Assembly: GCA_021613535.1 (NCBI GenBank) | Contig: CP075494.1 | Coordinates: 13,020,001-13,084,000 of the forward strand | DNA from: Adineta vaga | Lineage: Eukaryota > Animalia > Rotifera | Length of the DNA: 64,000 bases | Reading direction: 5' to 3' | Shown: positions 40,630 through 54,294 of the stretch, piece after piece | Layout: the number at the start of each line of letters is the position of its first letter | Numbering within the stretch: position 1 is the stretch's first letter | Made by a program: the position numbers and the translations under genes | The notes under the pieces: generated by a model | Database searches by the model: none | What the model saw: only the letters and a program-made list of their open reading frames with translations | What the model was told of the DNA's origin: nothing

Positions 40630-40677
40630 ACCAAGCAGATAGCGATGATTTATGAATTCAAAAAGACTCGTACCCAT
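38121..40677 (-). CDS. ART-TM-2xLamG type II membrane protein, copy B (753 aa by hand splicing)
   Basis: Exons 40677-39933, 39867-39827, 39714-39671, 39610-39459, 39400-38121 with the same phases (1,0,2,1). Same ART motifs; TM ILFCIIAVLALIILAIVLGAVLG after PWYKKKK; LamG-like WHHFGFVY..FIDG..GCIDQL and WTHVAFTW..FMGSLDELFVFSREL. Confidence 0.85.
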
Positions 40678-41615
40678 GATCTTTTTTTTACCCTTTCACT
40701 CTTATTTACTACCGTTATTTAATGAAATAAATAATAATCTATATGACTTTTTCCTTGTCGTTTTCGTTTTTACGATCAGTCATCCATATCCAATTAGATT
40801 ATTCAGTAGAACGAGCTATTTTGTGTATATTTATACATAAAATAACACATATTAAAGAGAAAAAAAACAGCTCTCAAGCGAGTAGGTGATATAGATACAA
40901 AAAAATTTCTTTTCCCCATCGATTACTTATCGAAGTATAACGTCATTTCAATTGCATCATAGAAAAATCTAAAAAAAGACTCTGTACAGGTATGCATAAC
41001 ATTGTATCATATCTGATAAAGTCGATGTTGTTTTTAGACATTTAGAAAGGAAAAAATACGTAAAATATTGCCGTTGAATAACATCTTCATACATTCATAA
41101 GTCATAAAATCAAGTAGATGAATGCATATCTCAATAATCAGTCACAGATGATAGAAAAAGTCAGTAATTATAAACCAATTTGTTCAAACATATGAAGTTA
41201 ATTCCTTCTTTTCTCTCATCTTAAAATGCAAATAAGTGCTAATGAATACAACTGACCATTTATTTTTTCTATCTTTTCTGTGAACTATTGACACATAGTT
41301 CGGGTCAAGCAAACATTAGACAGAGAACATCATTCGTTCGTTCGTTCTTTCATTCATTCATTCATTTTTTCTTCTAGACATGTCTTTTTTTTATTACTAT
41401 ATTCTCTCGGCAAAGAGAAAGTGATGATGAAATCTGATCTCATTGAACAGATTTCAATTAAGCACACTCTTCGTTCGCTCTCTATTTGCATAATCGGAAC
41501 CATCATCGGTCGGCACAGATATCTATATTGCAAATAAGAGAAGAAAAAAAAAGAAAGAAAATGATGCCACTATCATTTGCAAACGAACTAAACTAAAGCA
41601 TCAACGATCACAAGT

Positions 41616-42999
41616 ATGGTATTTACAAACATGATTTCGATCCGTCTACTTATTTTGTTTATTTCAATGAAAAATATTCTAACTATTGGAAATAATTCGT
41701 CAATCGATCGTCGTCTAATCCTTTCCTCGTGTCAGCAAGATGGACTTGGATTGGCAACAAGTAAGAAAATCTTCTTTTCTCTATTTTTCCATATCTTGAA
41801 AAACTATCACTATAACATCATTATATTGTTTTCGTTTTGCATCTTCTATTACCAATGATTTATTCATGAGAATATTAAACAATAGAATTGAACGTGAATA
41901 TCTGAATAAAGATTTCTCTTTACTGATGAAATTCTATTTTTTTGCCCCTCTAGCAATGATTGGTTATAAGATGTCTTATATACGCATGTCTTCCTTTTTC
42001 TTATTCACATCACTAAAAATTATTATAATTCTTCTGCATCACTATTTTTGGATGTCACTTACTATCGTCATACACGAGCATATATTAATATAAAAAAAGC
42101 GAGATACTGAAAAGAAAAAGAAGAAAAAAAGGAAACATTTTTTTTTCATCACATTGTCTCATGCTGTCATTCTAGTCAATTGTTATTATCATGAGCATTC
42201 TTAAGCCATAGTTTTTTGTTCCTAGTTTTAGAACATCCCCTCAAATAAGAAAATCTTCTTGTATTTTTATAGAGCAAAGCTTTGATTTGTTTTTCTTTTC
42301 TGTATAGTTTTCAAACCAATTGATCGACGTCATTTTTTTTACTTTTCCAATCAACCATCTTTGTCCTTGTCTTCTTTTTCATCATCATTACATCTATCGT
42401 ATTGTGAACATCAACAGACTACTTATTATTTACCAAGTGGTTTTTCTATCCTTCGTTCTTCACCACGACTTCCTTTTACTGACATTGCCGACAAGGAAAA
42501 TTCTTCGTCCTTTCATCGTCATCATAATACTATTCTTTCCGCTAGTGATCAATCGACATCTTCCAATAGTAATATGATCACTACTCTCATGCTATTATCA
42601 TCATCAATAACAACAACAACAGTTCAAGAAAAACATCTAGTTATCGATAAGGACAATAATCTTCATTTAACAACAATTTCGAATAATAGTTTATCTCATA
42701 CATCATTAGCAACAACATTACAAAATGGACAACGAACATTTTATATCTTGTTACTTTCAGGATGTGGTGCAGCTGGACTTCTGATTCTTTTAACGATTTA
42801 TACGATTATTAAATATTATAATCGTGATGAAGGTTCTTATAAGATCGATGAAAGTAAAAATTTCACTGCTGAAACTCATCTAGAACGTGCTGATAACAGT
42901 GGTCGTAGTGGTAAAACTACAACAACGAAACCACATCGTCAAAAATTATTAACACCTCATGAACAAACTCTTACTAATACGAAAGAATGGTATGTGTAA
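41616..42999 (+). CDS. Short neurexin-like type I membrane protein (2 exons)
   Basis: Exon 41616-41760 (hydrophobic leader, A|GTAAGA) splices in phase 1 to 42308-42999; S/T-rich stalk, TM, KYYNRDEGSYKIDES (band 4.1-binding motif) and C-terminal KEWYV (neurexin-type KEYYV PDZ ligand). Confidence 0.8.
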
Positions 43000-43118
43000 A
43001 TAGAACGAACCAAAATTTTGTGTCATATATTCATCGTTTCTTTCTTTCCTCGAAATAAATAAATCTTTCTCTAAAGATAAAATATCGACAGGTATTTTAT
43101 TGGATAAAAAAAGGAATA

Positions 43119-46100
43119 TCATTCATAGAATCGTTTGATAATTGAATTATAATATGCTTCGGTGATTACAAATGTAGGAATAGATGGCACGTGGATTTCT
43201 CTAAAACATGAGAAAAAGAACTTGTATGACGAGGAGAAAAGAAAACAATTTATTCAACTTACTTTTCCTGTTCCATGGATTCAAAAAAACGAACAGTGAC
43301 CGTATTTTTATCAGATGATATTTTCTCAACTATTGCTGGTTTGTATATGTATTGGCTGTCATCAACAGCGAGAACAAAACAATTGACTTGAAAATCAATT
43401 AATTGAGAAAATGCTCCAAATAAATGTTTTTCTTCTTGTGCACTTTCTGTTTCATCAGACCATTCAATTCGAAATTCATGGCCATTTTTAAGTCGTTGAA
43501 TAATTGTACCTAACATATATACTTTCTTGACTTCATTGAAACCAACGATTGTCTGATTAATCAAAGATTTCTCATACTCAATACGAAGTTGCGTATAATC
43601 AGTAAATTGTCGTTCAGTAATTGGAATAACAATTGTACTATTGGAGAATTCTTTATCAATGCAATCATAGAAACGAACAAGTCGTTCGGATTTGTCTGGA
43701 ATAGATCGAAGAATGACTGCAGGTTGCCAACAACGACGAAAATCGTTGGGACACCGAATGAGAACAAATGATTTATCCTAGAAAAATTTTCGAATCAAAT
43801 TTCATGTCTTTTTCGGTTTCGAAAATCTATCGTCACTATTTAGCTTACTTCCAGGTTTCTTAATGTTCTGCATTGTGTTTCAAGAAATATGTGATCACGT
43901 GGAATAATAATGGAACTATTAAGTAAATCTTTACGTTGAATACGATAACTATTTTCATCTTTCTGTTTTTCTACTACGACACCCTGAAATAGAAATTCAA
44001 CAATTTATGAAAATACTATGATAATTTTCTTCTAGATATTGAATTTAACTAACTTGATAAAAGAATTTATCATAATCTAACCAACAAGCATAGACAGCTG
44101 TATTTGGTTCAATGATATCTTGTTGATTACGATTAATTGTTTTTGAGTCAAAACCTTCTAATGTTTCTTCAGGATTGTCTACTAACGTAGGAGAATCATC
44201 CGTTGGTTTTACTTTTTTTGGTGAATCCGGTCGATCAGATCTTTGTGAAGATGGTCGCCTGCTTTCTGACGGTTTATCTACTAATACATCTTGTGGCAAT
44301 GTCTTTTCTTGCAACAGTCTTAATGCATATAATTGATCTGCTAGTTGCTAGAATAGGAAAAGAAACGATATTTAATGATTATAAATTTTGTTATACACAC
44401 TTGTTTTAAACGGCGGTATCGTTTTAAATGAGATTTATTATATCGTTCAATTTGATTTGTTAATGGTTCGAGTTCTTTTCGTATGATATCTAGATAAAGA
44501 TGATATGAAATAAAAAGAATTCATTCAATAAATATAATTTACCTTCGATTGAAAATCCCGATGGTTTTTTCTCGGGTGATTTTGTTGGTGGTACATGTAA
44601 ATGACTGGTTAATAATATGCATGCAAATAGATTTTGTTAAAAAAACGAAGGCAAGTTTTACGTACATGATATTTCGAATGTTTTGAATTATTGTTTGAAA
44701 AAGACCATCACTTATTTTAATCAAATCACGTCGTTGAACATTAACCTTAATAATAATTATTCAAGCTCTTCTTTTATATAAATAATAATCATTAGTCATA
44801 CTTGACGTTCATGTGGAGTATAGATTTCAACCGTGTACAAAGCAGGTGGTTGTGCTGATGGTGATGGAAGAACCAGAACAATACCAGGTACCCAAATTTC
44901 GTCATTATTATTATTTCTTTGACGAACGAGAACGCGATCCTCTACAAAGAGATTTGGTTGGGCGATTGCGCCATTAATTGGTATTGGTTTGTGTCCAATT
45001 ACTATTTTCTGAATACCCATGTCAAATAGAACAATTATAGTTCGACTATCTGGACCTTTTTGAATAATACCAGGATAGTAGAAACCATCATCAAATATAT
45101 AAATGACACGTTGACCAATGCTTGGATATACTGATGGTCTAAGTGGTAGTGGTTTTGGTTTATCACCATCGCTTGGTTTTGTATCGGTCTATATGATAAG
45201 AATCTCTCGTTCGTAAGTTTTTTAAATAGGAAGAAAAAAGAAAGAACATACATCGGCTCGTTTTTGCAATTTACGTAAATCAGTAGATATTTGTAGAAAT
45301 TTAATAGCACGTTGAATTTCAACATCCATACGACCAATACCTTTCAATGCTGATTCAACTTCATCTTCTTTCGATAAAGTTTCATTGTTCTCGTCTCCAG
45401 TAACAGGTCTTTCTAGCGCTCTATTTAAGAAAAAACAACAACATATCTCTGCTTAGGTCACCAGTAGTTTCATCAACAGTGTTTATTAAGAGAAAAAAAA
45501 GTAAGATGTCATTCAGTAACACTTACTTATTTCGTTCATCTTTTAATAAATTTTGCCAATATGGTGTAAGACTAGAATGAAATCATATGTCAGTATACAA
45601 ATGTAATCTCGATAATTTTGTTGAGTGAATCAATCATTTACTTTTTTCTGTCTTCGTCATTCAAATGTTTCCAAATAAATTTTAAAGTAAATCTAGAAAT
45701 GATCATGAATTAATTTCATTCTATATTTTCTTCACTTACTGATGATAAGTCGCAATCAATGCTTTGAGTTGCTCTTCATATTTTTCTAAATTCACTGCAT
45801 AGTGATTTACTAAACGTAATTTTCCCGTATGTGATCCATAAGTTAATGGTAAAATCTATGAGAGAAAAAAAAAAGGATTCAATAAAATTAGATTAGTAAT
45901 TGAACGTTTAGTTACATCATTCCAAACTTTAGAAAGTACAACACGATCTATAACTTGAATATGACGTGGTTCTTTGACTGTAATTGATACTGGATGTAGA
46001 ACATCAAATAATGTTAAACCCTTAGCAATCAAACTATGTCTTTTCAAATAAAACTTCACAGTTTCATATGGAGTTCTACAAAAGACAAATTGATTGTTGA

Positions 46101-49100
46101 ATATAGATTCAATAAGAATATACCGAGCTTTCTTTGTTTCAATAGGTCTCTCAACTGGTTGTTCATCTTCTTTATCAGATCTTTCTTCGTCTTTCTTATC
46201 ATTTCCTTGTAAATAATCTTTTGTTTCTGGTAATAACCATTGATTAGAATTTACATTGAGAACATTCGTTGTTTCAGTTAGATTTGTTACTAAAACATCA
46301 ATTCAAAATTCAGTTGCAATTCTTCTCTTAAATATCAACCTGATCTGGATTTGAATTTCTGATTTTGATTTGTCGTCGAACATTTCTTTTTAGTTCGTCG
46401 TTGTGGCATTGTAGCTATGTAAAGAATAAATTTGTTCATAGGTGAAAAAACAAAACAAATCAGCGTTCTCATAACAACTTGGTTGATAAGAAAAGTTTAC
46501 TTATAGTAAATAGAAGAATAGAAACAACGTTCATGTGTAAATCTAAGTTAAATGAACTTTTCTCACAGATTTTGTTACTTACATTTGTTTGATGAAAATG
46601 TAATATTAAGTGCACTATGACTTTTCAATCCGGATGTTGCTGAATGTTTATCATGGCTGCTTTGACGAGTTTTAGATTTTGGTACTCTTGGTAATAGATT
46701 GTCACGTGACCATGCTTGACCAAGACATTCATCACGTAGAGAAGCAATACGTTCTAATTCTTCTTGTCCACGAATTAGTTCTCGTTTGAGAGTACCAACG
46801 TCTTCACTCTAAAAAGTCGTTTCGTTTTCTTTGCAATTTTGTTTGAGTAAAAACAAACCTCGGGAATTTCAACAGTTGTCTGTTTTTCTAATCCATATTG
46901 AAATGCATGAAAACGTCCACCTGTTTGTTTGGATAAATCATGAAGAAATTGATTGGCTGTTTGATCTTGACAATTAAAAGCAATTGTATGAATTGGAACT
47001 GTTTGCCGATATTGAACTTGCGAAAGAATATGTCGTTCATTCTAAAATAAATAGTTTCAAAAGAAAAATCAATGTGTTTTCAACTATCTTACTTGATCTG
47101 GTCGTCCGTCTGTAAGAAGATAAATAGCATCAGTTGCTGGATCAGCAAGAGCAAAACGAAGTGCACCCAATGTATTCGTTGATCCTTCAGCACTGAGTCC
47201 ATCAATCCATGGTTGTAATTGAGAAATTGTTGTTGAATCAGTTATTTTAGTTAAACGATCACGCCAAGGATTGACTACAGTATTGAATGCAACCATATTA
47301 ATACGTTCTTTAGCAAATAATTGATCCTACAAGGATTTATTTATCAAATGAATAGATTTCTTTTTTCGGAGACAACATACATTTATCAATAAACGAAGTT
47401 TATCTTTAACATAACCCAAATGATGTTGCATACTTTTCGATGTATCAATGAGTACATAGATATTATTCTCCAAAACACTACCGAACAATTCGCGACTGCC
47501 TTTCTTTAACCATTTCAATCTAAATATTTAATAAATTATTTTCTAGCAATGCTTATGAAAGTATCCAAAATATTACCTTGCTTTGATTTTTTCCATTAAC
47601 GCACGTAGTCGTCTTTCATAATCCCTAAAATCAACATAAAAAAATAACGTCTTGTAAAAATCAATCAAATCATATCTCTACCGATGAAGCTCTGGTGTAA
47701 CATGAACATGTCGAATTGTTCCATCTGGCCAAGCAACATGAGCAAATTGATCACAATATATAGCATTAATCAATTTATTTTGAGGATTCTGAAAAACATA
47801 TTCCTTGTTCTACAACTCAACTGGAAAATAAACAGAAGAAACTTACAGCTGGTGTACTATCCGTCACTTCATCTGAATTTTCAGGTGGTTTTAATACTTT
47901 GACAACACCATCACAATGTCGAAATGCTGCTGCTTGTAGAACAGAAAAGAAGTCGAGTTTTTGTGCATCGATACCAGAGATTTTTAACCAATCAATTGAA
48001 CGCATTTCATTTTCATCATTGCTAAATAATGTTGATGAGGGAATAATGACACTACGTTGAAAATGAGTATCGCCTGATGCATTAAATGCTTCCGATGATT
48101 TCGTTGCTGAAAGAACAAATGATATAATAGAAAGACAATGATATTCGAAAAGAAAACTGTTTTACCAGCAAATGAATTTTGACTTTCATCGCGAACATAT
48201 CCAACAATTTTCTCAATTCGATCAACTATACTTTGACATTCGATTATTTCTTTATACATCAAAGCAATATCTACTGGATATTCTGATGTTGTTGTTAATA
48301 TATTTGTACCGATTAATAATTTATCATCTTGAAGTTTAATTCGTGTTGGATCATTGGAATTCGATGGTGCTTTCAGATCAGATATTTCATCTTTTATTTT
48401 ATAACAAAAATAACTATTCAAATAAAGAAAAACAACGAATAAATGAAGGATCTTTTTCAAACAATACAAACTTTCCGTCAGCAGATTGAGCAATGGAACG
48501 AAGAAATGTTTGAGTATCATTATTATGACAAAATAATGAAACAACATTGAATGGTTTAGGTGATTGAGATGAAAGACGTGTTTTAACAATATTATCTCGT
48601 AACATTTCACGAGCATAATCTGAAGAATCACCTTCACTTATTAAATAAAAAGCATCGACCTAATCGAACAGACAAATATGCATAGAAATTATTATGAAGA
48701 AGATTTTTACATCGTTTTTAAATGCTTTAAGAACAGCTTCACATGTTGCGCTTAGAGATATTTTAATTTTAGGGCATTTTCGATCATATACCCAATCAAT
48801 CTAAACAACAGAAAGTAATAATATAAGATCATATAATGACCAATTATTCATACAAACTTACTGCTCTATCAATATTAGTGGAATTGACATCAATAGGTTG
48901 TTCTCGAAATTGTTCATTATCATTTGAAATCCTAATGTAGATGCAATGTTATATACAATATTTCATGAAAAATCTTCTTACCAAATAATATTAAATTTCT
49001 TAATTTTCGTTATTTGTTCTTTTAATAAACTTGTTATTCCCAATTGAAATTGATTAAACAAACGATAATCAACTGTTTTACAATCGCATATAAGACACAC

Positions 49101-49986
49101 ACTTGGTTCACCAATAATTCCAAATAAACGACGAGATCCACTGTTTAAAAATGTTAAACGTTTTCGTAATAAATGTAACATTTTCTCTAAACGTTGAAGA
49201 TATTCTCGTAATTTTTCCGGTCGACATGTTAACTAAACATTTTTAAATCGATTATACCAGAAATGAAACTATGATTCAATCTTACCACATATCGATCACC
49301 ATTCTCATGTTGTACTTCATTGTAGAGATTACCTGCATATTTCGCCGTAATAGTTTTACCAACAACAGCATCATATCCTACAATTGAATGTGATGGTACT
49401 TATTAGAAAACAAAGCTTGTAATTGAATCCGTTAAAGTGACATTTGATAGGTTTCGAATACCTTGGTGTTCGATTAAAACTTAAAATTAGTATGTTTCAC
49501 CTAACGACGAAATGTTTCTTCTCTCGTATATGTCGATATTTTAGAATTTCTTTTCCAACTATCAATTATTTTACAACTCACCTTCAACACGTTTAAATCC
49601 AATACGTTGAAGAATTTGATCAAAAGTTAATTTTTGAGATTTAAGACCATATCGTTGAAGCCATTCAGCACTTCTTAGCTGGGAAATAGAAAGAGAGAAT
49701 AATTCATAAGATAGAATGAAATTAGTTCATATTTTTCATTTACATTATTGAATAAAAATGGGGGATCATTCGTTGAACTCGTTGAAATCAAATTAGATGA
49801 AGTAGTTAAATCGAAATTACGTGATTCACCAGGTGTAACTGCGTAAGGAACTGCAAGAAGAGCAGTAGAAGATGCAGAGAATGAAGCTCGACGAGTTTTA
49901 GATATCATCGTTGAATTTCTTGCAATCTTCGATCTCCGATCAAAAGAATTCTTTGAATCGGATATTAACAAATTATAGAATACCAT
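43119..49986 (-). CDS. VWA3B: VWA domain-containing protein 3B-like (multi-exon)
   Basis: Repeated units LNSGSRRLFGIIGE and LKKGSRELFGSVLENNIYVLIDTSKSMQHHL; MIDAS partner GSTNTLGALRFAL...AIYLLTDGRPDQ; C-terminal Tudor/SH3-like repeats; ends IIKRFYE*. Start codon uncertain. Confidence 0.8.
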
Positions 49987-50270
49987 TGTAGGGTATGTTG
50001 CTATAGTGAGATAGTAAGCAATTAATTAAACAATATCAAAGCAATATATTATTCTAATAGAAATTCATTTTTAAAGATAATTATATATTTTTTAAATAAA
50101 ATTCTTTCCCGATTTAAAAGTGATTCTCTATATAGAATGGACGTATTTTTAACCAATCAGCAATAAATATGAATCATACATTTAGATTTTTTTGTTTTGT
50201 GCATAAGTTTATATAATATCATCATCTTTATTCATTCATTTATAGATATAGGACAATAGAAAGGCATAAA

Positions 50271-51439
50271 ATGTTGAAAACTATCCTTCGTCATGGATGT
50301 CGTCTACGACCAGCACTTAACATGCGTTTATTAACACCATTAAATAATCAACTTCATACATTAACTCCATTAAATGTCCAACGAAATGGTCAAGTATGTT
50401 GATAAGTTTCAAATCTATTTTTGTTGATGAAATCTTTCATTTAATAGGTTTGGCCACAAGTTTTTGTATCCCGTCGTACAGGTATGCTTGATCAACAGAT
50501 TAAAGATGCTGGTCAAATGCGTACACCACCACCAATGACACCGGCTGATATTGAATCACGAGTATTACGTATTTGTAATGAATATGATAAAATTCAAGAA
50601 GCAAACAAAAATAAAGTAAATATTATCTATAAATAGATGCACTATTGTGTCAATAATCAAATGATCGACTTGCTAAAATATCTTTTATTAAGTTAATTAT
50701 CGAGTCAAAATGTCAGGTTTTTTCAAAAATAGCATTGGATAACTCAATCGCAAGTATAGACTGAGAAAAATTTGAAATGCAAGATTGATTGCCTCAAAAT
50801 TCGGTCATTTTTAATATCAAACTAGATTAAAAAAAAAGTGATATGCAATAGGCTGATTGATTTCAAATCTTTGAGTAATAATTCATGCGAAAAAAATAAT
50901 TGTCTTAACTCGTCTCGAATAGGTTCCTGATAATCAATCTAAATAGAATCATCAGTGCGAAAATAAGACAGTGTTACACAATGGAATCTTCGATTGAATA
51001 ATAACTAATCAATAATTCATCGAACTAGTTAGTAATTCGAATCCAATGTAACAGAAATCTATCGAATAAATAATGCATATTGTTTATATTCAACATTAGA
51101 CAACGAAACAATTTTCCTTAATCGTCTTCTTCTGTTTCTTAGATTACTTTGGCAACACATTTTATGAACGATCTTGGTCTTGATAGTCTTGATCATGTTG
51201 AAATTATTGTTGCATTAGAAAATGAATTTGGTAAACAAAACACAAACTTTCTTGTCTATTTTCGGCTAATTCTTTCTTTATTTTCTTTAGGTTTTGAAAT
51301 TGCTGATGCTGATTATGATAAATTATATACAGTACAAAATGTGGTTGATTATTTAGTTAAAAAAATGAATATCACCGATCGACCTAAACATGTTGTTTCA
51401 TCAGCACCTGATCCACGATTTGACGAACATCATCACTAA
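50271..51439 (+). CDS. NDUFAB1: Mitochondrial acyl carrier protein
   Basis: Basic transit peptide MLKTILRHGCRLRP...; [43 protein letters not shown] (phosphopantetheine DSL motif). Confidence 0.93.
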
Positions 51440-52497
51440 TTTGTTTTCATCATTTTTCTTTTTCAAAACAAAACATGTGTTACTTTTTTTTCTGTCTGCT
51501 ATTATAACCCTACATACTTTTTTTCTTCTTCTAACGATTATTTAGTATACTTTAGATCAGCAGACATGTCTCGTGAACTATTTCATTTTTCTTTTTTTTT
51601 CTTCGTTCTTGTTTTACATGGAAAGAAAAAAAATTGACTATGAGATGTCGATAATAACGATTGCATTCTTTCGCGTTCTCCCCCCCGTTGCAGAATGAAA
51701 CAAAGAAAATAGGAAAGCAACTGATTCATCTTCTAGAGGATAGAACGACGATATGAAAGCGGAGCAGACAGACAGAGAGAGAAAAAAAACAACTGAAGAC
51801 GTCAATAACGACGAGAAAGAACTGCTATATCTATTGCGAAGAAAAACGACAACGAAATGACTATTTTTATACACGAACAAAAACGAGAATAGTATTATGA
51901 TCGGTTCGATGAATGTATAAAAAGAACGAAGTGTTAGAAGAAAAACTAAAGAAATATTTCAAGAAAAAAAATAAGGTAAGATTAAAAAATATGATTGATC
52001 CGGAAAAAATATTAAGTCTATTTCATATATTCATCTGCATTATAAAACAAATCAAAACTTGTCTTATCGGAAACATCGAGAAAGAATTCTATAGATACTA
52101 GATACTAATCTAACATTCAAGGTTTATCATGTATCTGAAACGTCTCATGAGAATTCAGCAAGATTTAGTTCATTAACATAGACAAAATAAATCATCAGTT
52201 CTTTCTTAATAATTAAGAAAGGATTTGAGTATGATAAACATTTTCCTAGAACATAACTGCCAAACTTAATTAATTTAGAACGAAAACGCAGTCATATTTG
52301 ATTGAATAAACAATCGAAGATTATTGTAATGTATAAGATGAAACATGTTCTTGTATGTGACATTTTAGTGAGATGATTTGCGTGTTAGATAGATAACTCA
52401 AAGATATATTTCTTAATGTATTGAAATCTACTGAAAAATGATTTTATTGATTGAAGCAAAGGTAGTGAAGAATCAATATTTTAATTTCAGAAATATA

Positions 52498-53999
52498 ATG
52501 GGAACACATAATTCGAAAGAAAATTCTAATTTAATATTATCAAATGTGGAAAATATTAATACAAGAGAAACATCAATGAAACGTAAATCTTCGATCGTTG
52601 ATAAACCAATTTATTATTCTGGATGGCAAGAAATCTGTCGATGTTCACATGCTGATTGGCTTCATGGAAATGCTGGTAATGATTGTGATTTGTTTATTAA
52701 ATCCATTTTAATACATTCAATTTAGAATTATTTGGTTTTACTCCACATAAATTCATTTGTAATTCAGAACTTCATAATATTTGTGCACCTGGTTTTTGTT
52801 CGGAATCATTATCACGTAAACTTCATCATGGTTCTTATCGTTCATCTTCGAAACGATTTCAATCGTCAACATCTCTCAAAAGCAAAAAATTACGTGAACA
52901 TTTTGAATACAATCATATTCCAGCAATGATTAGTTCATTACAAAACTATTCTGTTCATGGAATCGTTAATGGTTGTTCAATATCAGGTTTAGATCATGGA
53001 AGTACAATTATGTTATTGATCTATTCCGCTGTATTGGAAAAAACGAAATTTATTATTGTCGATTTAAAATTAAATCGTTATGTTTGTGCATTAGGAGATG
53101 ATTATAATGGATTAATTGATGCAAGAAAAGTTCATGCTGCTTGGTCTATGGATCGTACACAAGTTCTTATACGTTTACCGATCACTGGTACAACGACTGT
53201 ACTTGATTTTTATAAGAGTAAAATGAAAATAATTCGAATTCATTGAATATAATTTTCATTGTTTTTAGTTGTTAAAAAAGAAGCTAAATTATACCGTCGA
53301 ATCAGTCCTATTGATATCAATACTCAATTTCAATTCTGTCCAAATTATTGGTCTTCACGTTTAGCATTCTATACTCATTCAACTGGTGTATCTACTACAA
53401 TAATGAATTACAATATCACATCATTGCCACTAAGTGGTTCAAATAAGACTCCAATACAAACATTACCATTAAATCAATCAATTCATGGTTCATATCTTTG
53501 TTCAATGAATGTCCATACATGGTCCATGTCTAAAAATCAAAATTTAGTCATTGACGATAGTTTTCGTCTTCTTTCATTTGTATATACACCTGATAGTGTA
53601 TATTTAATCTTAACATTTGTAGATAATTTCTGTCATTGTGGTGAAACATTACCTATCAGTTATTTTGATATTTATCATGGAAATACATTTCAATGTCTTC
53701 ATCGGATACATACACAATTAAGTACTCATATATGTCCATGGCATTTGTGTCGAAATCCATTAACTTCCATATTTTCTATGAGTTCATCACGAATGGCATT
53801 TTGTACGACGAAAAATAATGGTGGAAGAGAATTACAAGTCTCCATTATTGTCTTACCTAATGAATTGAATTTAAAATCAATCTGTCGTCGAACAATAATT
53901 CAATATTTAAATGAATATCATGGGAAAATTGAAGATATTACTAACGAACTTCCATATCGTCTTAGTCAATATATTCAATATCGACCTGAATATCAATAA
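52498..53999 (+). CDS. C-terminal SOCS-box protein (3 exons), probable beta-rich substrate-binding region
   Basis: MGTHNS start; C-terminal NLKSICRRTIIQYL...ITNELPYRLSQYIQY matches BC-box LxxxCRxxI plus Cul5-box LPxxLxxY. Confidence 0.75.
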
Positions 54000-54294
54000 C
54001 CCCTTCCCCTTTCACAATCTTAGTTTGTCTAATCGGACGAAAAATGTGTACATTCTTTCATTTTAATCTGTAAATAAATCGACTGCATAATGTATTCTTT
54101 AAGAAAATTTGCATGTCTTCATTGAATACGATACTAATAGAATCTTTATTTACATTTATGATAATATACAAAGAGAAAAAAGAACTATTTACAAATTGAA
54201 ATTGTGCGTATTCATGGATCTTAAAATAGATTGCAAAGATATTTACAAGAAAATATACAATAGATAAATATAGACATGATATTTTCCTCTGTGA

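Noticed and set aside
50616-51141. Unusually long ACP intron as a TE insertion
   Set aside because: Length is suggestive, but I could not identify convincing TIRs, TSD or coding remnant.
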